Shown piece after piece: positions 50,853-62,400 of a stretch of 64,000 bases of DNA (position 1 is its first letter; every line of letters starts with the position of its first letter). Position numbers and translations under genes: made by a program. The notes under the pieces were generated by a model that saw only the letters and a list, made by a program, of their open reading frames with translations, did not search any database and had not been told where the DNA came from. Origin of the DNA: Candidatus Eiseniibacteriota bacterium (lineage in GTDB: Bacteria; Eisenbacteria; RBG-16-71-46); contig JBGAML010000012.1 of NCBI GenBank assembly GCA_044223005.1, forward strand, positions 1 to 64,000. Direction: 5' to 3'.

Positions 50853-51479
50853 CTAGCCCGGCAGCGCCTTGCGCGCGGCGACGAGGCCGGCGGGGTCGGC
50901 GTCGAGCCCCACCAGCACGTGGCGCACGACACCCGCGCCGTCGAGCAGGTAGACGTTGCTCGAGTGCGCGATCGCCCCCTCGGCCTCCTCACGCACCTTC
51001 ACGCCGAGCACCGCGGCGAGATCGGTCGTCGCGTCCCGGCTGCCGCGCAGGAGCCGCCAGCGCGAGAGCGGCAGCTCGCGGGCACGCGCGAACGCCGCGA
51101 GCGTGTCGGGCGCGTCGTGGTCGGGATCGAGCGTGACCAGCACGAACCACGTGTCCTCACGCGCCTTCTCCGGCAGGGCCGACTCGACGCGGCGGAGGTT
51201 CGCGAGCAGCAGCGGGCACGCCGACGTGCAGCGCGTGTAGACCATCGCGAGCATCACGGGCCGGCCGTGATACCGGGCCAGCGTGACGGGCTCGCCCGAC
51301 TGGTCGACGAACGTGGAATCGAACGCGTCGAGCGACTCGCCGGCCGCGAGCCCGGCCGGCAGCGTGGCGTCGAACGCGGGTGACGACGCCGAGTGGGACG
51401 GAGCGTCCGCGCGGTTGCAGCCGGCGAGCGCGAGCAGGAGCGCCGAGACGGACGCGGCGCGAAGCACGATCGATTTCAT
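50853..51479 (-). CDS. SCO family copper chaperone (lipoprotein)
   Basis: LAGC lipobox; YTRCTSACP, DP..D, HS. Confidence 0.92.
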   Translation of the reverse strand: MKSIVLRAASVSALLLALAGCNRADAPSHSASSPAFDATLPAGLAAGESLDAFDSTFVDQSGEPVTLARYHGRPVMLAMVYTRCTSACPLLLANLRRVESALPEKAREDTWFVLVTLDPDHDAPDTLAAFARARELPLSRWRLLRGSRDATTDLAAVLGVKVREEAEGAIAHSSNVYLLDGAGVVRHVLVGLDADPAGLVAARKALPG

Positions 51480-52366
51480 GGAGTCCTCGCCGCGGAGACC
51501 GCGGCCGGCGCGGGCGCGTCGGCCGCCTCGCGGAATCCCAGGTTGCCCACGCAGTAGCGCGCCGAGAGGCTGCTGCGGAACGCGTAACGCATGAACGCGG
51601 CGTAATCGCGGAAGTCCGCGGCGTTGGTGGCGCCGCTGCCACAGAAGAGCGAGCGGTCGAGCGCGGCGTCGCCGCGCGACTCGCCGTTGACGAGCGCCGA
51701 CGAGAAATCGGCCGTCCACTCCCACACCAGCCCGTGCATGTCCCAGATGCCGTACACGTTCCGGTACGTCGAGCCGACGTTCGGCAACCGTTCCGGCGTC
51801 CGCTGTGAGTACCACGCGCGCAGGCGGTCCTGGAACGCGGGGTCGCGCGTGGCGTCGGCGCGTGTTTCGCTGGCGGTGGCGACGTATTCCCACTGGTCCA
51901 CCGTCGGCAGCCGGTGCCCGCGCCACGCGCAGTACGCCTTCGCCGCGAACCACGACACGTGGACGACGGGGCTGCGCGCGATCGCGGGATCGCCGAAGTC
52001 GAGGTCCGACTTCCAGTGCCGCAGGTACGACTCGTCGACGAACAGCTTCGACGCGCGCGAGCGCCCCCACTCGGGGTGTTCGCGCACGAACGCGAGGAAC
52101 TCGGCGTTCGTGACGGCGTGCGCCGCCATCCGAAACGCCGGGACGCGGATCGGCGGTGCAGTGGTCCTCCCCACCACACCGCTCGAGTCCCGCGCCGGTC
52201 GCCGAAACAGCGGCCGGTAGGATCCCGCAGGGATCCCTCGCATGCCGTCGTCGCCGACGGCTTTCGGCACCGCGGCCGCCGTGCACCGGACGAGCGGTCC
52301 GGCGAGCGGTGCTCCGAGCACCGCCACCAGCACCAACCGTCCGATCGCACGGCACGCGCGGTTCAT
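51476..52366 (-). CDS. nirV: FGE-sulfatase family protein (NirV-like)
   Basis: VTN.EF..FV, PVV.VSWFAA.AYC, RLPT..QWEY, DMHG.VWEW, N.GFR; immediately downstream of nirK. Confidence 0.85.
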   Translation of the reverse strand: MNRACRAIGRLVLVAVLGAPLAGPLVRCTAAAVPKAVGDDGMRGIPAGSYRPLFRRPARDSSGVVGRTTAPPIRVPAFRMAAHAVTNAEFLAFVREHPEWGRSRASKLFVDESYLRHWKSDLDFGDPAIARSPVVHVSWFAAKAYCAWRGHRLPTVDQWEYVATASETRADATRDPAFQDRLRAWYSQRTPERLPNVGSTYRNVYGIWDMHGLVWEWTADFSSALVNGESRGDAALDRSLFCGSGATNAADFRDYAAFMRYAFRSSLSARYCVGNLGFREAADAPAPAAVSAARTP

Positions 52367-52370
52367 GGCG

Positions 52371-53795
52371 TCACTTCTTCGGCGTCTTCGCCCGGATCGC
52401 GGCCACCTCGGCCGGCGTCACCTCCCAGCCCGCGTTGTTCCACTGGCTGGAGACGAACGTCAGCACGTTGGCGATCGCTTCGTCCGAGAGTCCCAGTGCC
52501 GGCATGGTGCTGTTGAAAGGCGATCCGTTGACGGTGATCGGACCGGAGTGCCCGCTCATCACGATGCCGATCGCGCGCGCCTTGTCGGCGTTGAGGAAGT
52601 CCGAGTGCGCGAGCGGCGGGAACGAACCCGGGATGCCCATGCCGCTCGGCTGGTGGCACGCGGCGCAGATGTTCGAGAACACGACCTTGCCGCGCTCGAT
52701 GCGCTCGGCCTTGTCCTTCGCCGGCACCTCGGCGGGCGCCGCACCCACCGACTGGATCGCGCCGCCCTCGGGCCGGTAGACGTCGTCATGCTGCTTGCCC
52801 GAGTACACCAGCTTGTCCTCGGGACCTTCGACCTTGAGCATGCCGAGCGCGCCCTGGTTGAAGGCGCGGAAGATCGCGTGGTCGACGAGGATGTAGGTGC
52901 CGGGCACCTGCGTGCGGAACGAGACCATCGTCGCGCCGCCGGGCGGGATCAGCGTCGTCTGCACGTTGTGCGTGACCGTCGTGCCGCCCTCGGTCCAGAC
53001 GTCGTCGAAGATCTCGCCGATCACGTGGAACGACGACGTGAGGTTCGGGCCGCCGTTGCCGACGAACAGCCGCACCGTCTCGCCCGTCCTGGCAGTCAGC
53101 GCGTGATCGCCCGTGAGCGCGCCGACCGAACCGTTGAAGACCACGTACTCGGGCTGCTCGCGGATCGCCTTCTCCATGCTGAACGGCTGCAGTCCCGCGT
53201 CGCCGTTGGCGCCCGCCGTGTAGAACTCGCTCTGCTGCACGTAGTACTCGTGGTCGACCTTGGGCAGCCCGCCCTCGGGCTCGACGAGGATCAGGCCCGA
53301 CATGCCGTTGCCGATGTGCATGCCGACCGGCGCGGTGGCGCAGTGGTAGACGAACAGGCCCGGGTTGAGGGCCCGGAACGAGAACGTCGACGAGTGCCCC
53401 GGAGCCGTGAACGACGAGGCCGCACCGCCACCGGGCCCCGTGACCGCGTGCAGGTCGATGTTGTGCGGCATCTTGCTCGAGGGATCGTTGTTGAGGTGGA
53501 ACTCGATCTCGTCGCCCTCGCGCACGCGGATGAACTTGCCGGGCACGTCGCCGCCGAAGGTCCAGAACGTGTAGCTCACACCGTCGGCGAGGCGCTTGGT
53601 CACTTCCATCGTCGTCAGGCGCACGATCACCTTGGTCGGATGGTTGCGATGAATCGGCGGCGGCACGTTGGGCGCCGAAGTCAGCACGGCTTCTTCCTGG
53701 CCCTGGATCGTGTCGCTGCTGCCGGAGCAACCCGCGAGACCGCACAGCACGGCAGACGCGAACAGCGCGTGGAGGATGGAAGGCACGCGTTTCAC
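52371..53795 (-). CDS. nirK: Copper-containing nitrite reductase with C-terminal cytochrome c domain (lipoprotein)
   Basis: [37 protein letters not shown] and MP; LAGC lipobox; GTG start 53795. Confidence 0.95.
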   Translation of the reverse strand: MKRVPSILHALFASAVLCGLAGCSGSSDTIQGQEEAVLTSAPNVPPPIHRNHPTKVIVRLTTMEVTKRLADGVSYTFWTFGGDVPGKFIRVREGDEIEFHLNNDPSSKMPHNIDLHAVTGPGGGAASSFTAPGHSSTFSFRALNPGLFVYHCATAPVGMHIGNGMSGLILVEPEGGLPKVDHEYYVQQSEFYTAGANGDAGLQPFSMEKAIREQPEYVVFNGSVGALTGDHALTARTGETVRLFVGNGGPNLTSSFHVIGEIFDDVWTEGGTTVTHNVQTTLIPPGGATMVSFRTQVPGTYILVDHAIFRAFNQGALGMLKVEGPEDKLVYSGKQHDDVYRPEGGAIQSVGAAPAEVPAKDKAERIERGKVVFSNICAACHQPSGMGIPGSFPPLAHSDFLNADKARAIGIVMSGHSGPITVNGSPFNSTMPALGLSDEAIANVLTFVSSQWNNAGWEVTPAEVAAIRAKTPKK

Positions 53796-53995
53796 GGAGG
53801 TCTTCCTTTCTGCGGCGCGATCGGCGCCGACATTGGATCGCGATCTATCTCCGCGGTCGCGCACGGGAGCAAGCACGAACGTGTCGTGCTGCGATGCGAG
53901 ACGCGAGAGGCGCGTCGCGCGAGCGCGCGCGGGACCGGGAGTCGAACGGCAGCGGTTCATGTCCCGATCCTCGGCGCCGCGCCGTGGGGGCGACC

Positions 53996-54009
53996 ATGAC
54001 GCGCGTCAT
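53996..54009. promoter_or_regulatory. Crp/Fnr-type operator palindrome ATGAC-N4-GTCAT
   Basis: Perfect 14-bp palindrome with FNR-box geometry, between divergent nirK and the Crp/Fnr gene. Confidence 0.7.
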
Positions 54010-54179
54010 ATCGCTTGCGCATTTTTGTGCAAGAGAACCGCGAATCGCGTCGCGGCCGCCCCGGCATTGGCCGTGCGCGCACGTCGCAACCGCGCACCCG
54101 CACGCGAGATGACAGCACGCGACGGCTGCGGCACCATGCGGGCTCCCGTTCCTGAACGTCCGAGGAGTCCACGTTCGCC

Positions 54180-54890
54180 ATGCCCGATCTCCGCGCCGAA
54201 CGCGTCCACGCCGCCGTCCAGTCGCTGCCGATGTTCCGCGGCCTGCCGCCCGAGGAACGCGCGTGGGTCGAATCGGTGGCGGTGATGCGCGACCTCGCGA
54301 AGGGCGACCTGCTCTGGGACGAAGGCGATCCCGCGGACTCGCTCACGCTGATCGTGAGCGGGCGCGTGAAGATCGTGCGTCACGGCGACGGCGCGGACGT
54401 GATCCTCGAGATCTTCGGCACGGGCGAACCCGTGGGCGCGGTCGCGGTCTACAACCGCATGCGCTATCCCGCGTCGGCCGTCGCGCTCGAGCCGACCGCG
54501 CTGCTCTGCATGCCCGCGCGCGACTACTTCGCACTGCTCGAGCGCCATCCCGATCTCTCGCGCACGCTGGTGGGCGAGCTGACGCGGCTCTACGTGGCGC
54601 TCTCGCGCAAGCTGCAGGACATGCGCACGCAGCGCGTCGAGGCGCGCATCGCGCAGCTCTTCCTCGGCCTCGCCGAGCGCATGGGCCGGCCCGACGAAGC
54701 CGGCACGCGGATCCCGATGCACCTCTCGCGGCAGGAGGTCGCCGAGATGGTCGGCACCACCGTCGAGTCCGCGATCCGCGTGCTCTCGCGCTGGGGACGG
54801 GACGGCGTGCTCACGAGCGGCGAACGCCAGTTCGTGATCCCGTCGGTCGACGCCCTGCGCGCGATCGCCGACGGCCGCGCCGAAGGCTGA
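54180..54890 (+). CDS. Crp/Fnr family regulator (Dnr/NnrR-like, no Fe-S Cys cluster)
   Basis: cNMP-like domain; LSRQEVAEMVGTTVESAIRVLS HTH. Confidence 0.92.
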   Translation: MPDLRAERVHAAVQSLPMFRGLPPEERAWVESVAVMRDLAKGDLLWDEGDPADSLTLIVSGRVKIVRHGDGADVILEIFGTGEPVGAVAVYNRMRYPASAVALEPTALLCMPARDYFALLERHPDLSRTLVGELTRLYVALSRKLQDMRTQRVEARIAQLFLGLAERMGRPDEAGTRIPMHLSRQEVAEMVGTTVESAIRVLSRWGRDGVLTSGERQFVIPSVDALRAIADGRAEG

Positions 54891-54893
54891 GCG

Positions 54894-56759
54894 CTACGTG
54901 CTCGCCCCGTCCGCGTCTCCCGCCGGGATCGGGGACGGCGTGGACTCACCCGGTACGGCCTGGTCAGGCGCCGCCGCACCCGCCTCCGGCACGGGCGCTC
55001 CGACGATTTCGGGGGACGGTCTAGGTGCGGGTAGATCACTCGCGCGGCGCTCCGAGTACACGGGAGCGGTCACGAATGCCAGCTTGCCGTGCAAGACCTC
55101 GCCCGCAGCCTTGTAGTCGAGTTCACCGGCACCGCGCACCCGAACGCTCAGTTCGGAGGGCTTTCTCCGGAACCAGAACTGTACGTCCTCCGCCGGAACG
55201 AAGACCTTCCGGTCGAGCTGGGTCAGTCGGTAGGCCACCGTGGACAGGACATCTCGGATATGAGTGCCGTGCCAGATGGAGAGCAATTCGAGTGCGCTGG
55301 CGGCCGCGGCCTCGTCCCACAGGATCGCCTGATCGAGGATGTCGTCGGGAGATTCCCCCACGCCCTGCAGTTCGATTCTCGGGTCGACGAGTCGAACCAG
55401 GCCCGCGGCCTGCGCCAGCTCCGGCAGATATCGCACCCGCCAGAACTGGCCGGCGCTCGGCCGAACCGCCTTCGTTGACATGATGCTTTCCACGATCGAC
55501 CAGAAGGACCGTTGTCCCGAGCCACGGACGACGACAACCACGTCACCGGGAATCTGCTGCAGGAGTCGCTGCAGCTTGCGCGTCAACTCCCGGTAGTACA
55601 GCGCATGGCTGACGTGGACGACCGTGAACCCGGTTCCCCGGCAGAACATCGGGAGCAAGTCCTTGTCCTGCTGCTTGTCCAGATTCGGAATTCGGTCTCG
55701 GCACTCGACGTTGCCCGCAGACACTCGATCGTCGGTTCCGAGGATCAAGTCCTTCTTGAACGACTCCTCGCGCTCGGAGGTGAACTGGCGATCGCAGGCC
55801 AGGATCATGAGCCGGTCCCACGCGAATGGAATACGCTCGTCCCGCAGGAGCTGAATCAGGCGCTCCCCACCGCCACAGCCGACGTCGACGACGAGGTCGC
55901 AGACCTTGCCTTCCGGGACGAACTCGAAATCCGCCAGCTTCCGCTCGAGAAGCAGGCAATGCCCCAGATGCTTCTGGTAGGACTCCCAGACGAGCGTGCG
56001 CGTCGCGATCCAGTGCCTGAAGACGTCGCCCAGTGCGACCGCACCGCAACAGAGCAGGATGGCCCAGTGCTTGGGGGTGACCGTTTCCAGCAGCGTTTGG
56101 GGGTGCGCTCGGGTGATGCCCGATTCCTTCCATGCGCCCCATAGCGAGATGCACACCCCCACGAGGACGATCGCGTCGAGGAGCCGCAGTGACACCTGCG
56201 GAACGAGCAGATCGATCGAGTCTTTCGATCTGGCCTTCCTGTCCCCGTGCGTCTTTCCCGTGGGCATGATCATGACGAAGTAGACGCCCAGGAAGACCGC
56301 GTAGGGCGATACGTACAACAGGCGGGAAACGATGTGCGGACAGGAACGATAGACGTGCGAGTAGGTGGCGCTCAGGACTGCATCGCTCAAGTAGGCGAGG
56401 CAGAGGAGCCAGAAGAGAAAGACGTCGCGCAACTGCATGTGATGGAGCGTGTGATGGAAGACCGCACGCTCGGCGACGACGTGCAAGTAGAGGATCGAGA
56501 AGATGCTCACGAGGCCGCCCACCACGACGACCTGGATCATCCTCCCCACATCGAGGCTGGGTGCAGCGGAATGAAACCCGGCATCGACGTAAGGAATGCT
56601 GTGCAGGATGTACCCGATGCTGATGCACGGCAGGGCAATGAAGCGAAACCCCGTCGACAGAAGCCGAAGGATGTAGCGCAGGTACAGGGTGTCGAAAGGG
56701 CTCGGAACAGCGGAACTCGGCGAGTCGTCGATCACGGCGCGGGCCTCCCGGTGATGCAC
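54894..56759 (-). CDS. Multi-pass membrane protein fused to a class I SAM-methyltransferase-like domain; start uncertain
   Basis: About 6-7 hydrophobic segments in the N-half; VVDVGCGGG and HVSHALYY in the C-half; visibly lower GC than the flanks. Confidence 0.6.
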   Translation of the reverse strand: MHHREARAVIDDSPSSAVPSPFDTLYLRYILRLLSTGFRFIALPCISIGYILHSIPYVDAGFHSAAPSLDVGRMIQVVVVGGLVSIFSILYLHVVAERAVFHHTLHHMQLRDVFLFWLLCLAYLSDAVLSATYSHVYRSCPHIVSRLLYVSPYAVFLGVYFVMIMPTGKTHGDRKARSKDSIDLLVPQVSLRLLDAIVLVGVCISLWGAWKESGITRAHPQTLLETVTPKHWAILLCCGAVALGDVFRHWIATRTLVWESYQKHLGHCLLLERKLADFEFVPEGKVCDLVVDVGCGGGERLIQLLRDERIPFAWDRLMILACDRQFTSEREESFKKDLILGTDDRVSAGNVECRDRIPNLDKQQDKDLLPMFCRGTGFTVVHVSHALYYRELTRKLQRLLQQIPGDVVVVVRGSGQRSFWSIVESIMSTKAVRPSAGQFWRVRYLPELAQAAGLVRLVDPRIELQGVGESPDDILDQAILWDEAAAASALELLSIWHGTHIRDVLSTVAYRLTQLDRKVFVPAEDVQFWFRRKPSELSVRVRGAGELDYKAAGEVLHGKLAFVTAPVYSERRASDLPAPRPSPEIVGAPVPEAGAAAPDQAVPGESTPSPIPAGDADGAST

Positions 56760-57036
56760 GAGCCGGCGGAATCAGGCGAATGAGGTTGGGGGACCCCAGG
56801 AGCGAAGGCCACGTCGCTCTGCGTGATGCGGATGGCGATATCGATCGCCGACGGGAGCCCAGCGAAGTGACGAATCGCCGCGTGCTCCTTCGGAAGAGCA
56901 TGGTCGGATGATCTCAGCCTAGCGATATCCCACTCCGACAAGCGAGCACAAAATTCACATTCCGAATGCCGGATTCCCCCGCGGGACAATTCGCGCAGCG
57001 AGCGCCGCCGAACCGAGCACCGGCGCCCTCGCGCGA

Positions 57037-58107
57037 TCAGCTCTCGCCGTCGGCGCCCTCGGCTCCGTTCGCTTCGGCTCCCGCCAGCTTCCGCTCGATC
57101 GCACGCACGCGTCCGAGCAGCGCCGGCAGGCGCTCGAGCGCGGCGTGGATGCGGTGCATCGTGCGCGCGGGCCTCGCGGGCATGCCCTGGTAGGCCTGCC
57201 CGGACTCCGTGTCGCGGATGACCCCGCTCACACCCATCACCAGGGTGCCGGGCGCGAGGCGTACGTGGTCGAGGATGCAGACCATCCCCGAGATCATGCT
57301 GCCGTCGCCGATCTCGACCGAGCCGCCCACGGCGGTGTTGCCCACGATCACGACGCCCCGGCCGACCTGGCAGTTATGGCCGATGTGCACCTGGTCGTCG
57401 ATCTTGGTGTGCGCCCCGACTCGGGTCGTGTCGATCGTCGCGCGGTCGATCGTGCAACCCGCGCCGATCTCGACGTCGTCCGCGATCTCGACGTTGCCGA
57501 TCTGCGGCACCTTGTAACGCCGGCCTCCCTGATGGTGGAACCCGAATCCGTCCGCGCCGATCACCGTCGCGGCGTGCACGACGCACCGTTCGCCCACTTC
57601 GCAGTGATGCCCGAGCACGACACCGGGATGCAGCGTGGTCTCGGCGCCCACGCGCGCCCATGGCTCGACGACGGCGTGGGAATGCACCGTGCAGCGCGCG
57701 CCCACGACCGCGCCTTCCATCACGACGGCGCCGGGCAGGATGGCCGCGGTCGGGTCGACGACGGCGCGCGGGTCGACCGACGCCGCGGCGGAGATGCCGG
57801 GTGCGTGGCGAGGCGCGACATCGAACTGCCGCAGCAGCGCGATGAACGCGAGCCGCTCCTGGCCGTCGGGCGCAATCAGTGCGCGGGCGAAACGTGCCTG
57901 CAGCGCGGTCGTCGTGAGCACGACGCCGTCGGGCCCCGCGAGCGGATGGCGCTTGAGCACCGCCTCGGACTCGACGAAGTAGACGCCGTCATCGGCGAGC
58001 GGGGCCGTCGCGGGTAGGCGTTCGATGTCCCGCACGGCGCGGACTTCGTGATCGGCGGGTCCGGTGTGCGCGACTCCGAGCCGGCGAGCCAGTTCGCCCA
58101 GTTGCAT
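57037..58107 (-). CDS. lpxD: UDP-3-O-acyl-glucosamine N-acyltransferase
   Basis: Hexapeptide repeats, [34 protein letters not shown]. Confidence 0.9.
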   Translation of the reverse strand: MQLGELARRLGVAHTGPADHEVRAVRDIERLPATAPLADDGVYFVESEAVLKRHPLAGPDGVVLTTTALQARFARALIAPDGQERLAFIALLRQFDVAPRHAPGISAAASVDPRAVVDPTAAILPGAVVMEGAVVGARCTVHSHAVVEPWARVGAETTLHPGVVLGHHCEVGERCVVHAATVIGADGFGFHHQGGRRYKVPQIGNVEIADDVEIGAGCTIDRATIDTTRVGAHTKIDDQVHIGHNCQVGRGVVIVGNTAVGGSVEIGDGSMISGMVCILDHVRLAPGTLVMGVSGVIRDTESGQAYQGMPARPARTMHRIHAALERLPALLGRVRAIERKLAGAEANGAEGADGES

Positions 58108-58279
58108 GCGGCCTCCGCGGTGCGGTTGCGGCCCCGAGTGGGGCGTGACGGAGGCGAACGGCGTTCGCAGCACGGTCGCCCCGAGGCTGGAGATCGTGCT
58201 GCACGCTACGCCCGCGGGGCGGAAAGCGCGAATCCCGTCTCGCCTCGCGCCGCGTGCGGGCGAAGGCGCCTGCGACCCG

Positions 58280-58325
58280 AAAACAGCGAGGGGCGACGTT
58301 CGTGAGAACGCCGCCCCGTCGCTGT
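58280..58325 (-). terminator. Intrinsic terminator of the cold-shock gene
   Basis: ACAGCGA.GGGGCG.CGTTC-gtga-GAACG.CGCCCC.TCGCTGT with A tract on its left. Confidence 0.65.
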
Positions 58326-58345
58326 GAGGTGGTACCTCGGGTTCG

Positions 58346-58546
58346 TCAGGCCTTGCGAACGTTCGCGGCCTGCAGCCCCTTGGGGCCGCGGGTCACGTCG
58401 AACTCGATCGCTTCACCCTCAGCCAGCGTCTTGAAGCCATCGCCGACGATGGCGGAGAAGTGCACGAACACATCCTCGCCGTCCGGCTGGGAGATGAAGC
58501 CAAAGCCCTTCGCCTCGTTGAACCACTTCACGGTGCCACTAGCCAC
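58346..58546 (-). CDS. cspA: Cold-shock protein (66 aa)
   Basis: [37 protein letters not shown] before GTG. Confidence 0.95.
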   Translation of the reverse strand: MASGTVKWFNEAKGFGFISQPDGEDVFVHFSAIVGDGFKTLAEGEAIEFDVTRGPKGLQAANVRKA

Positions 58547-58954
58547 TTGAAGCTCCTGCGTATCCGGGTCGAAATGACCCGTGCTTGTCGCGATGTACCG
58601 CCGCGACGGCGTCCGGTCGACATGACCGCTGTCCCGATACCGGCCGTCGGCTCGCCAAGGCGTGCCGCCCCCGACTCCAGGACGCCGCACACACTGGGGC
58701 TTCGGCGCCGAAAAAGACAGTGAGTTCGGTGTGTCGGCCGGCAACTGGCTCCGGAACTCGCGGGGAGATGGAACGCGGGAATCCCGCAACCCGCTGCGGC
58801 CATGACACTTTCCGCCGGGATTCCCGAACGTTGTGCTCGGGGGATTGTGGGTTCGCGGGCCGAAGCCGTTCGCGAGTCGCCAGATGCGCCCTACCGCCAG
58901 CACCGCGTGCACCTCACCCCGAAACCGAAAGGCAGGTCCTGCTGGCTCCATTAC

Positions 58955-59197
58955 GTCCACTGCAAAGACCAGGCGGAAGTCGACTACTACTGGTCGCGCC
59001 TGCTCAAGGGTGGCAAGGCCAGCCGCTGCGGCTGGCTCGAGGACAAGTTCGGGCTCTCGTGGCAGGTCGTCCCCGCCGCGTTGCCGCGGTGCGTGAACGG
59101 CAAGGACAAGGTCGGCGCCCGCCGCGCGCTCGAAGCGATGATGCACATGGTCCAGCTCGACGTGGCCAAGCTCGAGGCGGCGTACCGCGGGGATTGA
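58955..59197 (+). pseudogene. C-terminal half of a VOC/PhnB-like (3-demethylubiquinone methyltransferase-like) protein
   Basis: V.C.DQ.EVDYYW..L..GG....[15 protein letters not shown]; the family N-terminal half is absent. Confidence 0.7.
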
Positions 59198-59423
59198 ACG
59201 GCGTCACCGTGGCACTCGTCAGGCGGGTCGCGTTCGTGCGGCCCGCCCGACGGCTTTCCGGCGACGCGGTCGGCGTCGCGTCACGCTGAACCGCCGGCGG
59301 AGCACCGCATCGCTTCGGCCGGGTGCGCCGATTTCGATGTCCGCCGGAGCGGGCCGACGTCGCCATATCCGAGGATCCCCCCACGCACCGCCGGCCACCC
59401 GGCCGGCACCTCGGAGGCCCGTC

Positions 59424-62400
59424 ATGTACCGCAATCCCATCCATCCGGACCGGGTCGCACGCGCGCTCGGCCGCGCACGAGCGCTCGCCGTCGCGCTCGC
59501 GCTGCTGCTGGCGCCCGCGACACCGCGATCCGCTGCCGCGATCAACTACACCTGGACCGGGGCCATCAACGCGCTGGCCGGCAATCCCGGCAACTGGAAT
59601 CCCGCCGGCGTCCCCGGCGCCGCCGACTGGGTCATCTTCGACACCGCCGGCGCGTACGACGTGACGTTCGGCTCGCTCGTCCCGACGACCACGGAGTTCA
59701 TCGTCCGCGACGGGGAACCGCATTACACGTTCGCGACTCCGCACACGGTGTCGACCATCCTCAGCGTGAGCAACCTTGCGGCGGGTCCCACGCCCAACGC
59801 CCGAATCGACTCCGGCACGCTCACGCTCGCCGGCAACTTCAGCGTGGGCACCACGCCGAACGCGGACGCCTCTCTCTCCTTGTGGGGCTCGACGACCTCC
59901 GTCACGACCACTTCGGCGTCGGGTTGGACCCGCATCGGCAGCGAGGGCACCGGCAAGCTCTACCTCTACGACGGCGCCACGCTGACGCTCGCCCGCGCGC
60001 CCGAAATCGGGCGCACCGCGCTGGGCAACGACGGGGACGGCGAGCTCAGCGTGTACGGGGAGATCGGCGGCGCCACCGCCGCCCACTCCAAGCTGATCGT
60101 GACGGACACGACGAACGCCTTCCTGGTGGGCGCCGGAGCCTCGACCGGATCCGTGACCGCATCGGCGAACGGAGACATCACGATCGCCGGCGACCTGACG
60201 CTCGCCAACTCCCCCGGCGGCGTCGCCACGTTCCTCGCGGTCTCGCCCTCGGCCGGCGAGCCGGCCACGGTCACGATCGGCGGCGACCTCAACTTGACGC
60301 GCGACACCGGCAACGGCGTCGCGGGTGGCAACGCCACCTATCTCGTCGCCGACCACTCGCTCACGACGGTGGCCGGGACCACGTGGACGTACGACGACAT
60401 CGCTGGCGGCTCCGGCAAGATCCTCGCGTCGGGAACCAGCGGAGTGCTCTCGACGCACGACCTCCGCACCAGTGACCCGAACGCGCAGCTCCAGCTGTTC
60501 GGGAGCACGGTGCGAGTGGACGGCGGGACCCTCGACCTCGGCGGCAAGTCCTACGGGTTCGGCAGCCTGACGTGGCAGCCGGTGCTCGAGCTCGCCGGCG
60601 GCGCGACCGCCGACCTGCACGGCACCACCTCCCCCACGCTCACGGTCGGTGAAATCGGCCAGGCCGAACTCCGCGTTCTCGGCGGCTCGACGCTGGCGGT
60701 GCACGATTTCGGCCTGTTCGTGGGCAACGTCACGGCGTCGGGCGCCCGCCTCGTCGTCGACACGGGCGGCCAGGTCACGGTGGACGACGCGCTGATCGTC
60801 GGCCACAGCGGCCCGGGTGACCTGCTGGTCTCGGGCGGCTCGCAGGTCACCGCGTACGATCTCGGGTTCGCCACCCTCGCCGGGCCGTCCACCGCGACCG
60901 GGACGATCGAGTCGCTGTCCGACGTCCATGCCACGCACCAGTTCGACATGAGCGGCGTCAGCTCGTCGAGCGGCATGGCCTCGCAGCTCACGGTGACCGG
61001 CGGCGCACGCCTGTGGCTCGACGCCGCAGGCGTCTCGGGACAGCTGTGGCAGGGCAGCGCGCTCGGGTTCTCGGGCGGGGGCGAGCTGCACCTTGCCGGC
61101 GTCCTCGTCGACCGCGGCAGCATGAGCTTCTCGGGCGGCGCGCTCTCGGAGGGCGGCACGCTCCAGCCCATCGCGGGCGGCGTCCTGTCGGCGGAGGGAA
61201 CGCTGCACTCGGCGTTGTTCACCGTGATCGACACGACGGGCGTGCTGCAGGCGACCGGCGACCTCACGATCGGCGACGACACGGCGCTGGGCATGAACTT
61301 CGTCGGCCTCACGCAGGTCGGCACGCACCGCGTCCGGCTCGTGGACGCCGATTCCGCGGCCATCGGCCGCGTCACGCTGTCCGGGGGCACGCTGGTCGCG
61401 CCGCCGGGCGGGCTCAAGCTGATCGCCGGGCGGAACCTCTCGGGCACCGGCACCGTGAGCGGCCTCTTCCGCCCGTACGGAAACGTCGTCGCCACCGGCA
61501 CCGAGGGCATCGCGTTCGACGGCATCGTGCTCGGGCAGGGCCAGACGATGTCCGGAACGCTCGTGCGCATGCGCAAGGGCGGCGTGCTGTTCGGCGGCGT
61601 GGGCAACTACGGCGGCACCGGCGTGCTCGCCGCCTCGGTCGAGGTCGACTCGGGCGGCACCATCTTCGCGACCAACGACATGACGCTGGGCAGTGGCGTC
61701 GCCGGGTCGCACGTCACGATCGACGGACTCTTCGCCGCGGCGAACAGCGACATCGATATCGTCACCGCCGACACCACGCGCGTGTCCGGCGTCTTCTCGC
61801 TGCTCGGCGGCACGCTCACGCTGCCGGGAACGCTGCCGCTCCGCGTGCTGCCGAAGGGCCGCCTGCTGGGCACGGGCACGGTGATCGGCGGAGTCGTCGT
61901 GGACGGCACCCTCGAACCGGGCACCGGTGCGCGCTCGCTCACCGTGCAGGCCCTGCGCCTGCGCACGGGATCGACGCTCGCGTTCGACGTCGGCAGCCCG
62001 GCGGCGACGCTCAAGGACTCGCTCGCCGCGGTCGGCACCGCGGTGCTCGGCGGGACGCTGGCGCTGCACGCGCTGCCCGGGTTCGCGCTGGTGCCCGGCG
62101 ACAGCTTCCTCGTCGTGTCCGCGGGCACGCTCTCGGGTGCGTTCGCCGCCGTGACGCTCTACGGCGCCGACGCCTCGGGGGCGATCGTGCTGCACACCCA
62201 CAACAACCAGGTGTGGGCCGTGATCACGAACACGTCGCTCGACGTCCGGGATCCGCTCCCCGGCGACGGCGATGTCCGGACGCTGCGCTTCGCGAGCCTG
62301 GGCTCGCCGGCGCGCTCGCTCGCGTTCGCGCTCGAACTGCCGGAGCACGCCGACGTGACGATCGAACTCTTCGACGTCGCGGGCCGTCACGTGTCGACAC

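Noticed and set aside
56732..56989. 85-aa ORF with CEFC upstream of the membrane-methyltransferase gene
   Set aside because: No clear RBS or family resemblance; insufficient support.
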